Assembly: GCA_016841745.1 (NCBI GenBank)
Contig: JAENYO010000004.1
Span: forward strand, 82,026-146,025
Source: Acetomicrobium hydrogeniformans
GTDB taxonomy: Bacteria; Synergistota; Synergistia; Synergistales; JAFGMB01
Direction of reading: 5' to 3'
Length of the DNA: 64,000 bases
Shown here one piece after another: positions 54,713 to 63,393 of this stretch. A program made the translations under genes and the position numbers. Each line of letters begins with the position of its first letter. Position 1 is the stretch's first letter. The notes beneath the pieces are model-generated. The model ran no database searches. It was not told the origin of the DNA and worked only from the letters and a program-made list of their open reading frames with translations.

Positions 54713-54741
54713 TTGACAATGGATGTCAGGGGTTATACAAT
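54713..54741 (+). promoter_or_regulatory. Sigma70-like promoter TTGACA-17-TACAAT
   Basis: TTGACA is at 54713-54718 and TACAAT at 54736-54741. It lies about 45 nt upstream of the small ORF. Confidence 0.55.
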
Positions 54742-54783
54742 TCCCCCAATATTGAAAATATTTCCCCGAAGGAGGGATCTAAA

Positions 54784-54876
54784 GTGAAAATGAACAGTCT
54801 GCTTTCTATACTCAACCTAGTCCTAATAGTCGTTATTATTATCTGCGGGTCCCTCTCTGGGTCGGTCGGCAGTTAG
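54784..54876 (+). CDS. 30-codon hydrophobic peptide (VKMNSLLSILNLVLIVVIIICGSLSGSVGS)
   Basis: AGGAGGG lies 7 nt upstream of GTG 54784, and an ATG sits 2 codons later. It has a single TM-like helix plus a Gly/Ser tail, and is bracketed by its own promoter and terminator. Confidence 0.5.
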   Translation: MKMNSLLSILNLVLIVVIIICGSLSGSVGS

Positions 54877-54896
54877 TCTGCTGTACGAGTAGAGCC

Positions 54897-54937
54897 AGAG
54901 CCGGGATCCTTTAAAGGATTCCGGCTCTTTTTTTTTG
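54897..54937 (+). terminator. Intrinsic terminator
   Basis: AGAGCCGGGATCC-tttaaa-GGATTCCGGCTCT followed by T9. Confidence 0.85.
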
Positions 54938-54951
54938 CTGCAGGAGCATAC

Positions 54952-55179
54952 ATGCAATTTCAGAGTGTTGGAAACAGGGGAAAAGTGCTTTTGAGGAAGG
55001 AAACCATATTTCCGAAAGGGGAGATAATTATGAAATCCGAATGGAAACCCGCAGGCCGATTTAATCCGTCAAGATCTTTTGTTGAAGAATCTGATCCATC
55101 AAGAGATTCATATGAGCAGTTCGATTCCTTTGATCTTGGAAATGTTCGCTGGAGAGGGCCCTTTGAGGGCTATAGATAG
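54952..55179 (+). CDS. Hypothetical small hydrophilic protein (75 aa, or 49 aa from the internal ATG)
   Basis: An AGGAGC lies before ATG 54952 and a GGGGAG before ATG 55030. I recognise no homology. Confidence 0.3.
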   Translation: MQFQSVGNRGKVLLRKETIFPKGEIIMKSEWKPAGRFNPSRSFVEESDPSRDSYEQFDSFDLGNVRWRGPFEGYR

Positions 55180-55286
55180 GTTTTATCCTGATCCATTTTC
55201 TGCTAATCAAGTTGTGAACGGTCAATCCCCCAAATTTTGATCGTCTCCAGGAGAAAGAGAGGTTCTGCCCCGTTCCTCTCTTTCTC

Positions 55287-56462
55287 TTACTTTTTCAGGG
55301 GAGTTATTGCCCCTTTCAGATAATAGGGAAAGGGTATGAGAGGCAGGAGTGATACCCCTATCATGGTATGAGTTATCCCGAAAATATCCGCGGCAAACCC
55401 TATTAATACAACTGTCAGTCCACCGAGTCCCCAGCAGAGACCCATAATAAGGGAACTGGCCATACTTCTTGATCCGGGAGCCAGATCCTGGGCACATGCG
55501 ATTGTGAGGGGGTTGGTAGCTTCCAGAAGTCCGTTGCCCGCCATCAGAAGCAAGAGAGAAACAAAACCTCTGGTCATAACTGCCGGAATAAGAAAGAATG
55601 GAGCAGCACCTATACATATGAGGGTCAGTTTTGTCTTGTCCATATCCAGGGACAGTCTGCCCGCCGCCAGGGGCATAACTGCTGAAGAAAGAGTAATTGC
55701 AAAAAGGATGGATCCTATTTTTTCGATCCCTCCTCCCCTTGATGCGATAAGGAGGGGGAGGAGAAACTTGAATCCCTGTAGAGTTACATCTCTGGCATAG
55801 GACAGGGCCCATACCCGGCTGATCTTTCTCAGTACGGAATGAATGGCCTTGATCATATTCTTCTCCCGGGAATCGGGATGGTTCTCGGGATCCCTTATGA
55901 CAGGTACAAATCTGTAAAAGAGCAGGGCCATAATACATACGGGTATAATTGTAACTACGGGCATAAGTACCGTACCCAGTCCCTTATAGAGGGTAATGGC
56001 ATAGACAGGGCTTATGGTGAAGCCCAGCATTCCAGCAAGGGAAAAGAGCGAGAGGTTGAAAGCAAGCCCCTCTGTCCCTCCCAGATAGCCTATGGCTCCA
56101 TTGGCCTGAGGGTGAAAGGTGGCGCTTCCAAGCCCCCATAGGCCCACGAACATAAGGGCCAGGGGATAATTGGCTGCACCGGGCAGCAGAGATGCTCCGA
56201 GGGCTGTAACAAAAGGGCCTATGATGATCATGTATGAGCGGGATGTCCTGTCAGAAAAGTAGCCAAGTACCGGTTGTGCCAGGACGTGCATTATTCCCGG
56301 TATGGAAGACAGGAATCCTGCCTGGGTAAGGGATAGTCCCAGTCTTCCTACTATCGAAGGAAGGAAGACCGAAAGAAAGTTTCCGTGACTGTCGTTGATA
56401 AAATGTCCAAGAGAGACAAGAGCAATTTTGAAAAGGGGATCTTTGGATGTGATCTTTTTCAT
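55287..56462 (-). CDS. MFS transporter, Fsr (fosmidomycin-resistance)-like
   Basis: LGHFINDSHGNFLSVFLPSIVGRLGLSLTQAGFLSS is an Fsr-type N-terminus. 391 aa. Confidence 0.8.
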   Translation of the reverse strand: MKKITSKDPLFKIALVSLGHFINDSHGNFLSVFLPSIVGRLGLSLTQAGFLSSIPGIMHVLAQPVLGYFSDRTSRSYMIIIGPFVTALGASLLPGAANYPLALMFVGLWGLGSATFHPQANGAIGYLGGTEGLAFNLSLFSLAGMLGFTISPVYAITLYKGLGTVLMPVVTIIPVCIMALLFYRFVPVIRDPENHPDSREKNMIKAIHSVLRKISRVWALSYARDVTLQGFKFLLPLLIASRGGGIEKIGSILFAITLSSAVMPLAAGRLSLDMDKTKLTLICIGAAPFFLIPAVMTRGFVSLLLLMAGNGLLEATNPLTIACAQDLAPGSRSMASSLIMGLCWGLGGLTVVLIGFAADIFGITHTMIGVSLLPLIPFPYYLKGAITPLKK

Positions 56463-56471
56463 CTGTTCGAT

Positions 56472-57668
56472 CTATTCCTGATCCTGTTCAGAAGGGGAAG
56501 GTATTTCTCTCCACCTGGTGAGAAGTATTATCACTGATATGTAAGGTATAAAGATCACACAAAGCATGGTTGTCTTTATACTTGTGATGTCTGCTAATGC
56601 TCCTACTGGCGTCATCATCATTCCGCTTATGCCAAAGGATAGTCCCATGATAAGAGAACTTGCCATGCTTCTTGACTCCGGGGCCAGTTCCTGTGCTGTG
56701 GCTGCTGTTATTGGAAGGCTGCATCCTAACAGGGCAAAGCCTGCAGCAAGAAGGACCATGGAAAGGGTTCCTTCAACAAGAACTGAAGAAAGCAGTAGAA
56801 GAGGTGATATTCCCAGGGTGATCAGAAGTGTCGGCCGCTTCCCAATGGAGTCTGATATCCTGGCTACGATCATTGTGAGAACTGATCTTGAAAGGTTTAG
56901 AATGAAAAGGGTGGTTCCGATCCTGCCCAGTCCGCCTCCCTGAGAAGATATAAGAACCGGGATGAGGAACCGTATAGCCTGGGTTGTCAGATCTCTGCTA
57001 AAGGCGACTGTCCATACGGGCCATATTTTTTTAAAAACGCCCAGTGCAGTTTTGAAAAAACCTGTTGTATCGGGTTTACGTTTATCCGTGCCACCATGGA
57101 TGTCAGGAATATAGAAATAGTACAATAATGCCAGTATTGTCACCGGGATCATGCATACAACAGGCATGTATCCCAGACCTACCGTTTTAACCAGGGATAC
57201 GGCATAAAGTGAGCTAAGGGTAATGCCGAAGGCTCCCCCTACCTGGAAAAGGGAAATATTAAATGAAATATGTCCGGGAGAGGTTAAATATCCGACAGAG
57301 CCCAGACCCTGGGGATGGAATAGGGCGCTACCGATTCCCCAGAGTCCTACCACGAGGAAGGACACTGCATAGGTTGGAGAAAGAGGAAGCATTGAGGCTC
57401 CGAGAGCAGTTAGCATAGGGCCGAATATTATCATATAAGGTCTGGACTGCCTGTCGGAGAGATATCCGAGCATGGGCTGGAGGAAAACATGTATCAATCC
57501 GGGTAGAGAAGTAAGAACTCCGGCCTGGGTAAGGGAAAGTCCCAATTTCCCAATTATCGTAGGGAGGAAGGTTGGAAGGAAATTGCCATGGATATCATTG
57601 AGTAAATGTCCAATTGTCAGTAGGAATATCTTAAAGTAATTACCATTTGTCTTTTCTTTACTAATCAT
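56472..57668 (-). CDS. MFS transporter, Fsr-like (tandem paralog)
   Basis: IGHLLNDIHGNFLPTFLPTIIGKLGLSLTQAGVLTS. The start is taken at MISKEK (57668); the track ORF extends to 57725. Confidence 0.8.
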   Translation of the reverse strand: MISKEKTNGNYFKIFLLTIGHLLNDIHGNFLPTFLPTIIGKLGLSLTQAGVLTSLPGLIHVFLQPMLGYLSDRQSRPYMIIFGPMLTALGASMLPLSPTYAVSFLVVGLWGIGSALFHPQGLGSVGYLTSPGHISFNISLFQVGGAFGITLSSLYAVSLVKTVGLGYMPVVCMIPVTILALLYYFYIPDIHGGTDKRKPDTTGFFKTALGVFKKIWPVWTVAFSRDLTTQAIRFLIPVLISSQGGGLGRIGTTLFILNLSRSVLTMIVARISDSIGKRPTLLITLGISPLLLLSSVLVEGTLSMVLLAAGFALLGCSLPITAATAQELAPESRSMASSLIMGLSFGISGMMMTPVGALADITSIKTTMLCVIFIPYISVIILLTRWREIPSPSEQDQE

Positions 57669-57813
57669 GAATAGGACCTTTCTGTCGGGAAGTAGTGACA
57701 CAATTGAGTAGAATTGTAACACCATTTGGCTTTGTTATGATATCAAAATTAAAGAACTGAAAATGAGAGGACTATTACTTTACAATAATTCCAGAGAACT
57801 TGAGGTGTAGCAA

Positions 57814-58761
57814 ATGAAAGTTATAAGAAAATACTGGTTCCTTGTCGGGCTGGGGATCATTATCATGTTAACCATGATGGATCCCTCAGGTGTTTTCCCC
57901 GGACTCGGGGAGTGGCTGAAAAATCACAGGGGAGCCGATTCAGTTATATTCATAATGTTCCTGTTTTCCGGTTTTTCCCTGAACCTGAGCCAGGTTCGTG
58001 ACGGAATTCTTGACTACAAGGGAACATTACTGGCTTTGGCCCTGATATTTATTGTTTCTCCCATAGTGGCATGGTTTTTTTCATTTCTGCCTCTTCCCCT
58101 TGAGATAGCTGTAGGTCTTATCCTTGTCGCAGTGGTGCCTTCAACTCTTACAAGCGGAGTCGTAATGACTGGAAGCGCCGGTGGTAATATGGCCCATGCC
58201 CTTCTCATCACCATAATTGCCAATTCCATAGTAGTTTTTACTTTACCGCTGACTCTTCCCCTTCTGATGAATCTTTCAGGTGAGGCTGTTACTATTGATG
58301 GTGCCGCAATAATGATGAAGATGGCTCAGCTGGTGCTGTTTCCCCTTTTCCTTGGTATGACCCTTCAAAAGCCTTCAAGGCGGTTAATTGAAAGACTGCC
58401 CGTAAGCCTGTCTGTAATAAGCCAGTGCCTTATCTGGTGCCTTATCTGGATGGCCCTTTCCGGTTCCAGAGGGGCCATCATGGAGAATATCCCTCATGTG
58501 GGTATCGTTATCCTCCTATCCGTAGCTTTTCACGGTGTAATTCTTTTAATAGCATTTTCGCTGGTAAAAGTTCTTGGAATAAGGCGGGGAAAGATGGAGA
58601 GCATAATTTTCATGGGAGGACAGAAGACCCTTACCCTTGCCATTCTTCTGCAGGTAACTCTTTTCCCTCAATTGGGTATGGCCCTTGCCGTCTGTGTCAT
58701 ATACCACTTTGTCCATCTGACCATGGATGGTTATCTTGTCGGGTATCTACAGGAGAACTGA
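57814..58761 (+). CDS. Bile acid:sodium symporter (BASS/SBF-like, YfeH-type) family transporter
   Basis: 315 aa with about 9-10 TM segments. The N-terminus KYWFLVGLGIIIMLTMMDP is typical of SBF-like proteins. Confidence 0.7.
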   Translation: MKVIRKYWFLVGLGIIIMLTMMDPSGVFPGLGEWLKNHRGADSVIFIMFLFSGFSLNLSQVRDGILDYKGTLLALALIFIVSPIVAWFFSFLPLPLEIAVGLILVAVVPSTLTSGVVMTGSAGGNMAHALLITIIANSIVVFTLPLTLPLLMNLSGEAVTIDGAAIMMKMAQLVLFPLFLGMTLQKPSRRLIERLPVSLSVISQCLIWCLIWMALSGSRGAIMENIPHVGIVILLSVAFHGVILLIAFSLVKVLGIRRGKMESIIFMGGQKTLTLAILLQVTLFPQLGMALAVCVIYHFVHLTMDGYLVGYLQEN

Positions 58762-58884
58762 TCTTTTTCCCCTTTAGATGAACCTGAAAGGATCTTTTCT
58801 GAATAAAATCCAGGCTCCAAAGGGTCTCTATGGATGTATAATAAATCGCTACCCTGGTAAAAAGATATCAAGGGAGGGATTCCT

Positions 58885-59094
58885 GTGAAAATTTCAGCCA
58901 GAAACGTATTAAAGGGCAAAGTCAAACAGGTCAACCATGGTGCTGTCAATTCTGAAGTTGTGGTGGAGCTGGAAAAGGGTGTTGAAATAGTGTCCATTAT
59001 TACGAAGACTTCGGCAGAGAACCTGGGTCTTGCGGAAGGAAAAGAGATCAACGCTGTTATCAAGGCTTCCAACGTTATCATCGCATCAGACTGA
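58885..59094 (+). CDS. mop: Molybdate/tungstate-binding Mop (TOBE) protein
   Basis: 69 aa. MKISARNVLKGKVKQVNHGAVNSEVVVELEKGVEIVSIITKTSAENLGLAEGKEINAVIKASNVIIA is a canonical single TOBE domain. Confidence 0.9.
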   Translation: MKISARNVLKGKVKQVNHGAVNSEVVVELEKGVEIVSIITKTSAENLGLAEGKEINAVIKASNVIIASD

Positions 59095-59139
59095 GAGCAG
59101 GTATGTATCTTTCACCAGTCGGTTCAATCGTTTTTGAAG

Positions 59140-59181
59140 AAACTGCCGGGTCCGGTCTTCCGATTGGCCCCGGCAGTTTTT
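59140..59181. terminator. Bidirectional terminator
   Basis: AAACTGCCGGG...CCCGGCAGTTT followed by TT, between convergent mop and the lyase gene. Confidence 0.75.
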
Positions 59182-59186
59182 AAGGC

Positions 59187-60374
59187 TTATTTTGTCCTGA
59201 GTTTTAAAATGCTTTTTTCCAGCCGGACCAGGCCTTCTTCAAGAAGTTTCCTGGGGGTAGCGATGTTTATCCTGGCAAACCCTTCTCCTCCCGTCCCGAA
59301 CCAGTCTCCACCATCCAGTGCTATGCCTGCTTCATTGATGAAGAAATTCTGAAGTTCAGGGCCCGTCATGGAAAGGGTCCTGCAGTCGATCAAGGGGATG
59401 TAGGTTCCTTCAGGACGGACCAGGTTTATTTCCGGGATCTTTCTTTTCAGGAAGTCATCCATGAAGTTCAGGTTATCTTCCAGGTAAAGGAGAAGTTCTT
59501 CCAGCCATGGTTCGCCGAAATTGTAGGAGGCTTCGAGGGCCAGTGTTCCGAAGACATTTCCGCCGTTGATGTGAAGGAAATCAATAACCCTCTGGTAATT
59601 TTCCCTGATCCTCCGGTCCGGAATGATCACAACCGCGGTTTCAAGGCCTGCTATGTTGAAGGTTTTGCTTGGAGAGATACAGGTCATGGTTCTGCTGGCA
59701 AATTCTTCCGAGAGGCTGGCCAGGGGTACATGTTTCGATCCTTTAAAGACTATGTCAGAATGGATCTCGTCAGATACGATGAGGATATCGTTTTTAACAC
59801 ATATCCGGCCAAGTCGTTCCAACTCTTCCCCGGTCCAGACCCTTCCAACAGGATTATGGGGGCTGCATAGGAAGATCACCTTGACGGAGGGGTCGATCTT
59901 TTTTTCAAGATCGTCCAGATCCATGGAAAAATGTCCATTTTCGAAGATCAGGGGATTCTCCAGTATAGTCCGTCCTCTGCCGCCGATGACATCGAAAAAA
60001 GGATAATAGACTGGAGGCTGTATTATCACTTTGTCGCCGGGCTGGGTGAAGGCCAGCAAAGCCATGGAGAGGGCAGGCACTACGCCAGGGGAATGACATA
60101 GCCATTCCTTTTTTACTTCCCAGCCGTGTCTTTTTTTCATCCAGTTAATAACCGATTCATGATAGGGATCGAACCTGCCTGTATAACCGAATATACCGTG
60201 GTCAACTCTCTGACGAAGGACTTCTATAACTTCAGGGGGAGCCTTGAAATCCATATCCGCCACCCACATGGCGTGAAGGTCGGGGGCTCCGAATTTTTCT
60301 TCAACTCCATCCCATTTTTTACAGATCGTATTGCTTCTGTCGATTACTGTATCGAAATCATATCTGCGGGTCAT
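59187..60374 (-). CDS. PatB/MalY-type PLP-dependent C-S lyase (cystathionine beta-lyase family)
   Basis: MTRRYDFDTVIDRSNTICKKWDG and ISPSKTFNIAGL (PLP Lys). The ATG at 60374 lies 8 nt after GAGGAG. Confidence 0.85.
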   Translation of the reverse strand: MTRRYDFDTVIDRSNTICKKWDGVEEKFGAPDLHAMWVADMDFKAPPEVIEVLRQRVDHGIFGYTGRFDPYHESVINWMKKRHGWEVKKEWLCHSPGVVPALSMALLAFTQPGDKVIIQPPVYYPFFDVIGGRGRTILENPLIFENGHFSMDLDDLEKKIDPSVKVIFLCSPHNPVGRVWTGEELERLGRICVKNDILIVSDEIHSDIVFKGSKHVPLASLSEEFASRTMTCISPSKTFNIAGLETAVVIIPDRRIRENYQRVIDFLHINGGNVFGTLALEASYNFGEPWLEELLLYLEDNLNFMDDFLKRKIPEINLVRPEGTYIPLIDCRTLSMTGPELQNFFINEAGIALDGGDWFGTGGEGFARINIATPRKLLEEGLVRLEKSILKLRTK

Positions 60375-60641
60375 ACAAGTCACTCCTCATAATTATTTTT
60401 CATGAATACTTCAAGTAGCAGGAGAAGGATCAGCAACAGGTATTATCCTACCATTTAGCAGGGAGAATATGAAGTAATAACTCCAGACAGGCTGTTTGTT
60501 AAAACTTGAATACCAAACCTCCAGATATGAACGCAATTCACAAAGGGGGTGTGTAAATTATTTAAAGAACTCTTTACAATTCTGAAGTACAATATAAAGA
60601 GCTGTATAATGGGGAAATAATTGAGCAGGGAGTGATGGAAT

Positions 60642-62504
60642 ATGACGTTATGGAAGGGAAGACGAACCTGGGTAGATCTTTCCAGCGGTGATATCAGGAA
60701 TGAAGATCTTCCCGAAAGTTACGCCCGGAAATGGGGAGGTATGAGGGGCCTTGCCCTGCCCATCCTCATGGATAAACTTTCTCCGGAGACTGATCCCCTG
60801 GGATCTGACAATCCACTGATCATAGCCTGCGGACTTCTGAATGGGCTTCCATTTCATGGACTGAATCGTTACGGTGTATATGCCAGAAGTCCACTGACAG
60901 GTGCCTATGGTGAATCAGAGGCGGGAGGATTCTTCGGACCAGGTCTGAAGGGGCAGGGAATAGAAGCAATTGTAATGGAAGGACAGGCTGAAAAACCGGT
61001 ATATCTCTGGGTGGAAAATGGAAAGGTCGAGATCAGGGATGCCAGTCACCTATGGGGACTTGAGACTGGTCCTGCCATGGATATATTGAAGAAGGAGCAT
61101 GGGAAGATCACGGCAATAATGATAGGACCAGGGGGAGAGAATCTGGTACGTTATGCCTGTATCCTTAATGATCTTCATCATGCTAACGGCAGAACCGGTA
61201 TGGGTGCGGTCATGGGTTCAAAAAAGATCAAAGCGGTAGTATGTCCCTATCCAAAGGCGCAGGAACCCTGGGACAGGGAATTGCTGAAACAGATGCATGA
61301 AGCCTACAGGGGATGGAAGGAAATACCCTTTTACTGGGGACTGAGGGAATTCGGTACAACGGCCACCGTTGAGGGCAATAACGATTCCGGAATGCTTCCA
61401 ACAAGAAACTTCAGAGAAGGAGTTTTCGAAGGGGCCTCAAAGGTTGGCGGCAGGTATATGAATGAAAATATGCTCATAGACCGTTATGCCTGTTTCAGTT
61501 GTGCCGTCAGGTGCAAAAGAGTGGTCGAGGGAGGGAAGCATAATGTGGACCCCGCCTATGGTGGTCCTGAGTACGAGACAATAGGTGCTTTTGGCCCTCT
61601 CTGCGGAATAGATGATCTGGAAACCATAGCCAAGGCCCATGAACTCTGTAACCGCTTCGGACTGGACACCATTTCCACCGGGGCAACCGTTGCATGGCTT
61701 ATGGAATGTGTGGAGGAAGGCATTATGTCCCCTGAAGAGGCCGAAATAATGGGTTTTGGAGATGAAGAAGGTCTGCTCCCTCTCATAGAGAAGATATCAC
61801 GGCGGGAAGGGCTCGGAAACCTCCTTGCAGAGGGTGTGAAGAGGGCTTCCGAAAGGGTTGGCAAGGGAAGTGATCGTTTTGCCCTTCACGTAAAAGGGCA
61901 GGAACTTCCCCTTCATGATCCCAGGGGAAAGTACGGGCTTGCCCTGGCTTATGCCCTTGCCCCGGGTGGAGCCGATCATATGCAGTTTCCCCATGATCCT
62001 CTTTTTTCAAAAGAGGGATCCATTCCAATGGAAGCGGTTAAATGTCTTGGAGTTAACGAAGCTCTCTCTCCTCTCAGTCTTGACGAGAAAAAGACCCTTG
62101 CCGTGACCTATCTCTGGCTCAGCTGGAGCATGATGAATCACCTCGGGATGTGCTTCTTTGTGTTTGCTTCAAGGGGTTATTTCCCCCATACCCTGGTCCC
62201 GTCCCTTATGGAATCAGCTCTTGGGTGGAAAACATCACTCTGGGAACTTATGAAGATGGCTGAAAGGGGTCTGACCGCTACTCGATTAGTGAATCTCAGG
62301 CTTGGTTTAAGCGAAAAGGATGACATCCTGCCGGCCAGGCTCTTCGAACCGATTCCAGAAGGCCCACTGAAGGGGAAGAGCGTCCCGGAAGATGAATTCT
62401 GGAAAGCAAGGGAGCTTTATTACAGATTGCTGGGTTGGGACGAGGATGGTATCCCATCCGAAACAAAGATGATAGAGCTGGGTCTGAATACCGATAAAAT
62501 CTAA
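60642..62504 (+). CDS. Aldehyde:ferredoxin oxidoreductase family (tungstopterin) enzyme
   Basis: 620 aa. The N-terminal AFOR_N domain reads VDLSSGDIRNEDLPE...GGMRGLA. The Fe-S/pterin ligand region is DRYACFSCAVRCKR. Confidence 0.9.
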   Translation: MTLWKGRRTWVDLSSGDIRNEDLPESYARKWGGMRGLALPILMDKLSPETDPLGSDNPLIIACGLLNGLPFHGLNRYGVYARSPLTGAYGESEAGGFFGPGLKGQGIEAIVMEGQAEKPVYLWVENGKVEIRDASHLWGLETGPAMDILKKEHGKITAIMIGPGGENLVRYACILNDLHHANGRTGMGAVMGSKKIKAVVCPYPKAQEPWDRELLKQMHEAYRGWKEIPFYWGLREFGTTATVEGNNDSGMLPTRNFREGVFEGASKVGGRYMNENMLIDRYACFSCAVRCKRVVEGGKHNVDPAYGGPEYETIGAFGPLCGIDDLETIAKAHELCNRFGLDTISTGATVAWLMECVEEGIMSPEEAEIMGFGDEEGLLPLIEKISRREGLGNLLAEGVKRASERVGKGSDRFALHVKGQELPLHDPRGKYGLALAYALAPGGADHMQFPHDPLFSKEGSIPMEAVKCLGVNEALSPLSLDEKKTLAVTYLWLSWSMMNHLGMCFFVFASRGYFPHTLVPSLMESALGWKTSLWELMKMAERGLTATRLVNLRLGLSEKDDILPARLFEPIPEGPLKGKSVPEDEFWKARELYYRLLGWDEDGIPSETKMIELGLNTDKI

Positions 62505-62510
62505 AGTAAA

Positions 62511-62544
62511 GAAAAGCCGGCATCCTGACAAATGCCGGCTTTTC
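62511..62544. terminator. Bidirectional terminator
   Basis: GAAAAGCCGGCAT-cctgacaa-ATGCCGGCTTTTC, between convergent AOR and crcB. Confidence 0.8.
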
Positions 62545-62547
62545 TTA

Positions 62548-62922
62548 TCAGATGGTTTTAGCAACCTCTATACCTGCCACGGCAGCCACAATTCCGAGGA
62601 TCTGCCCAACCCCCATATAAAGAATGGCAGAAAGCCAGCTTGACGTTTTTATAAGGTTTAGAGTTTCAAAGGTCATGGTGGAAAAAGTAGTGAAGGAACC
62701 TACAAAACCTGTCAGAATAATAAAACTCACCGATCTTGGTACAAGGAATCTTTCTTCGGCAAGGGTCCAGAGCAGACCGAAAAGGAGACAGCCCAGAACG
62801 TTCACTGCCATGGTTCCCCAGGGAAATCCATTACCGGTCTGTCCGTGTATCCAGGAGCAGAGAGCATAATGGCTTAATGCCCCAAGACCTCCCGCTATAA
62901 CAAGCAATAATACTGTTTTCAT
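62548..62922 (-). CDS. crcB: Fluoride channel CrcB/FluC
   Basis: 124 aa with 4 TM segments. It has GTMAVNVLGCLLFG and GFVGSFTTFST, and sits behind a fluoride riboswitch. Confidence 0.9.
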   Translation of the reverse strand: MKTVLLLVIAGGLGALSHYALCSWIHGQTGNGFPWGTMAVNVLGCLLFGLLWTLAEERFLVPRSVSFIILTGFVGSFTTFSTMTFETLNLIKTSSWLSAILYMGVGQILGIVAAVAGIEVAKTI

Positions 62923-63004
62923 GTGGCGTTGACCTCTTGTGAACTTCCCCTGTCAGTTCAAGTGTACAAAAAAACTGCACCCAGGGGCTTTAGCTGAAGA
63001 TAGA

Positions 63005-63057
63005 AAGGCGTCATAAGCTCCTTTAATGCAGCGGTTCAAGGCGAACGCCATCGCCTG
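63005..63057 (-). promoter_or_regulatory. Fluoride riboswitch (crcB RNA motif)
   Basis: The minus-strand RNA is AGGCGAUGGCGUUCGCCUUGAACCGCUGCAUUAAAGGAGCUUAUGACGCCUUUC. It matches the conserved GGCGAUGG..UUCGCC..AACCGC....CUnAUGAnGCCU core. A U7 tract lies at 62961-62967, with a possible competing stem CUGCAUU/GGUGCAG. Confidence 0.85.
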
Positions 63058-63241
63058 TATTTACGATCAATTCAGCGCAGATTTTATCAAAGTGCGATCT
63101 CTTTGTAAATCCTTGTTTCCGATTATTCACAAATAGTTCAGTTACCATTTCTTCTGAAAAGACCAGGAGTGAAAAAGAATACATCTGCAGCCGGGAAATT
63201 CATGGATCTGAAAATCGCATGTTTTTTCTCTTGCCTAATTA

Positions 63242-63287
63242 ACACTATTTGTGGTACTCTTTGTATGTTAAACGCTACATGTTGTGT
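63242..63287 (+). promoter_or_regulatory. Candidate NrdR boxes overlapping a putative nrdJ promoter
   Basis: Box 2 (63272-63287, ACGCTACATGTTGTGT) matches 13 of 16 positions of the acaCwAtATaTwGtgt consensus as I recall it. Box 1 (63242-63257, ACACTATTTGTGGTAC) is weaker. Their starts are 30 bp apart. A TTGTAT-18-TGTAAT motif overlaps box 2. Confidence 0.4.
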
Positions 63288-63393
63288 AATGTTATTTTAC
63301 TTCGCAGATATCCCGTGCTTGACCTTTTGAGGTGTGGATATCTGTGTTTTGTTTCAGGGATCTGTATTTTAACAGAGGAGGGCCCACCCGTCG

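Noticed and set aside
55222-55938. A 238-aa minus-strand ORF overlapping the Fsr-like MFS gene in another frame.
   Set aside because: The alternative frame encodes a well-supported 12-TM MFS protein. This frame gives a Gly/Arg/Pro/Ser-rich product without features.
60375-60641. A possible Moco/tungsten-cofactor riboswitch upstream of the AOR gene.
   Set aside because: There is only a loose CCTCCAGA...GGGGGTG resemblance. The conserved Moco-motif helices cannot be drawn by eye, and a covariance-model scan would be needed before any claim.
62923-63393. A cobalamin riboswitch upstream of nrdJ.
   Set aside because: No B12-box-like element or GC-rich multi-helix region is seen. The region instead contains the minus-strand fluoride riboswitch and AT-rich NrdR-box-like palindromes.
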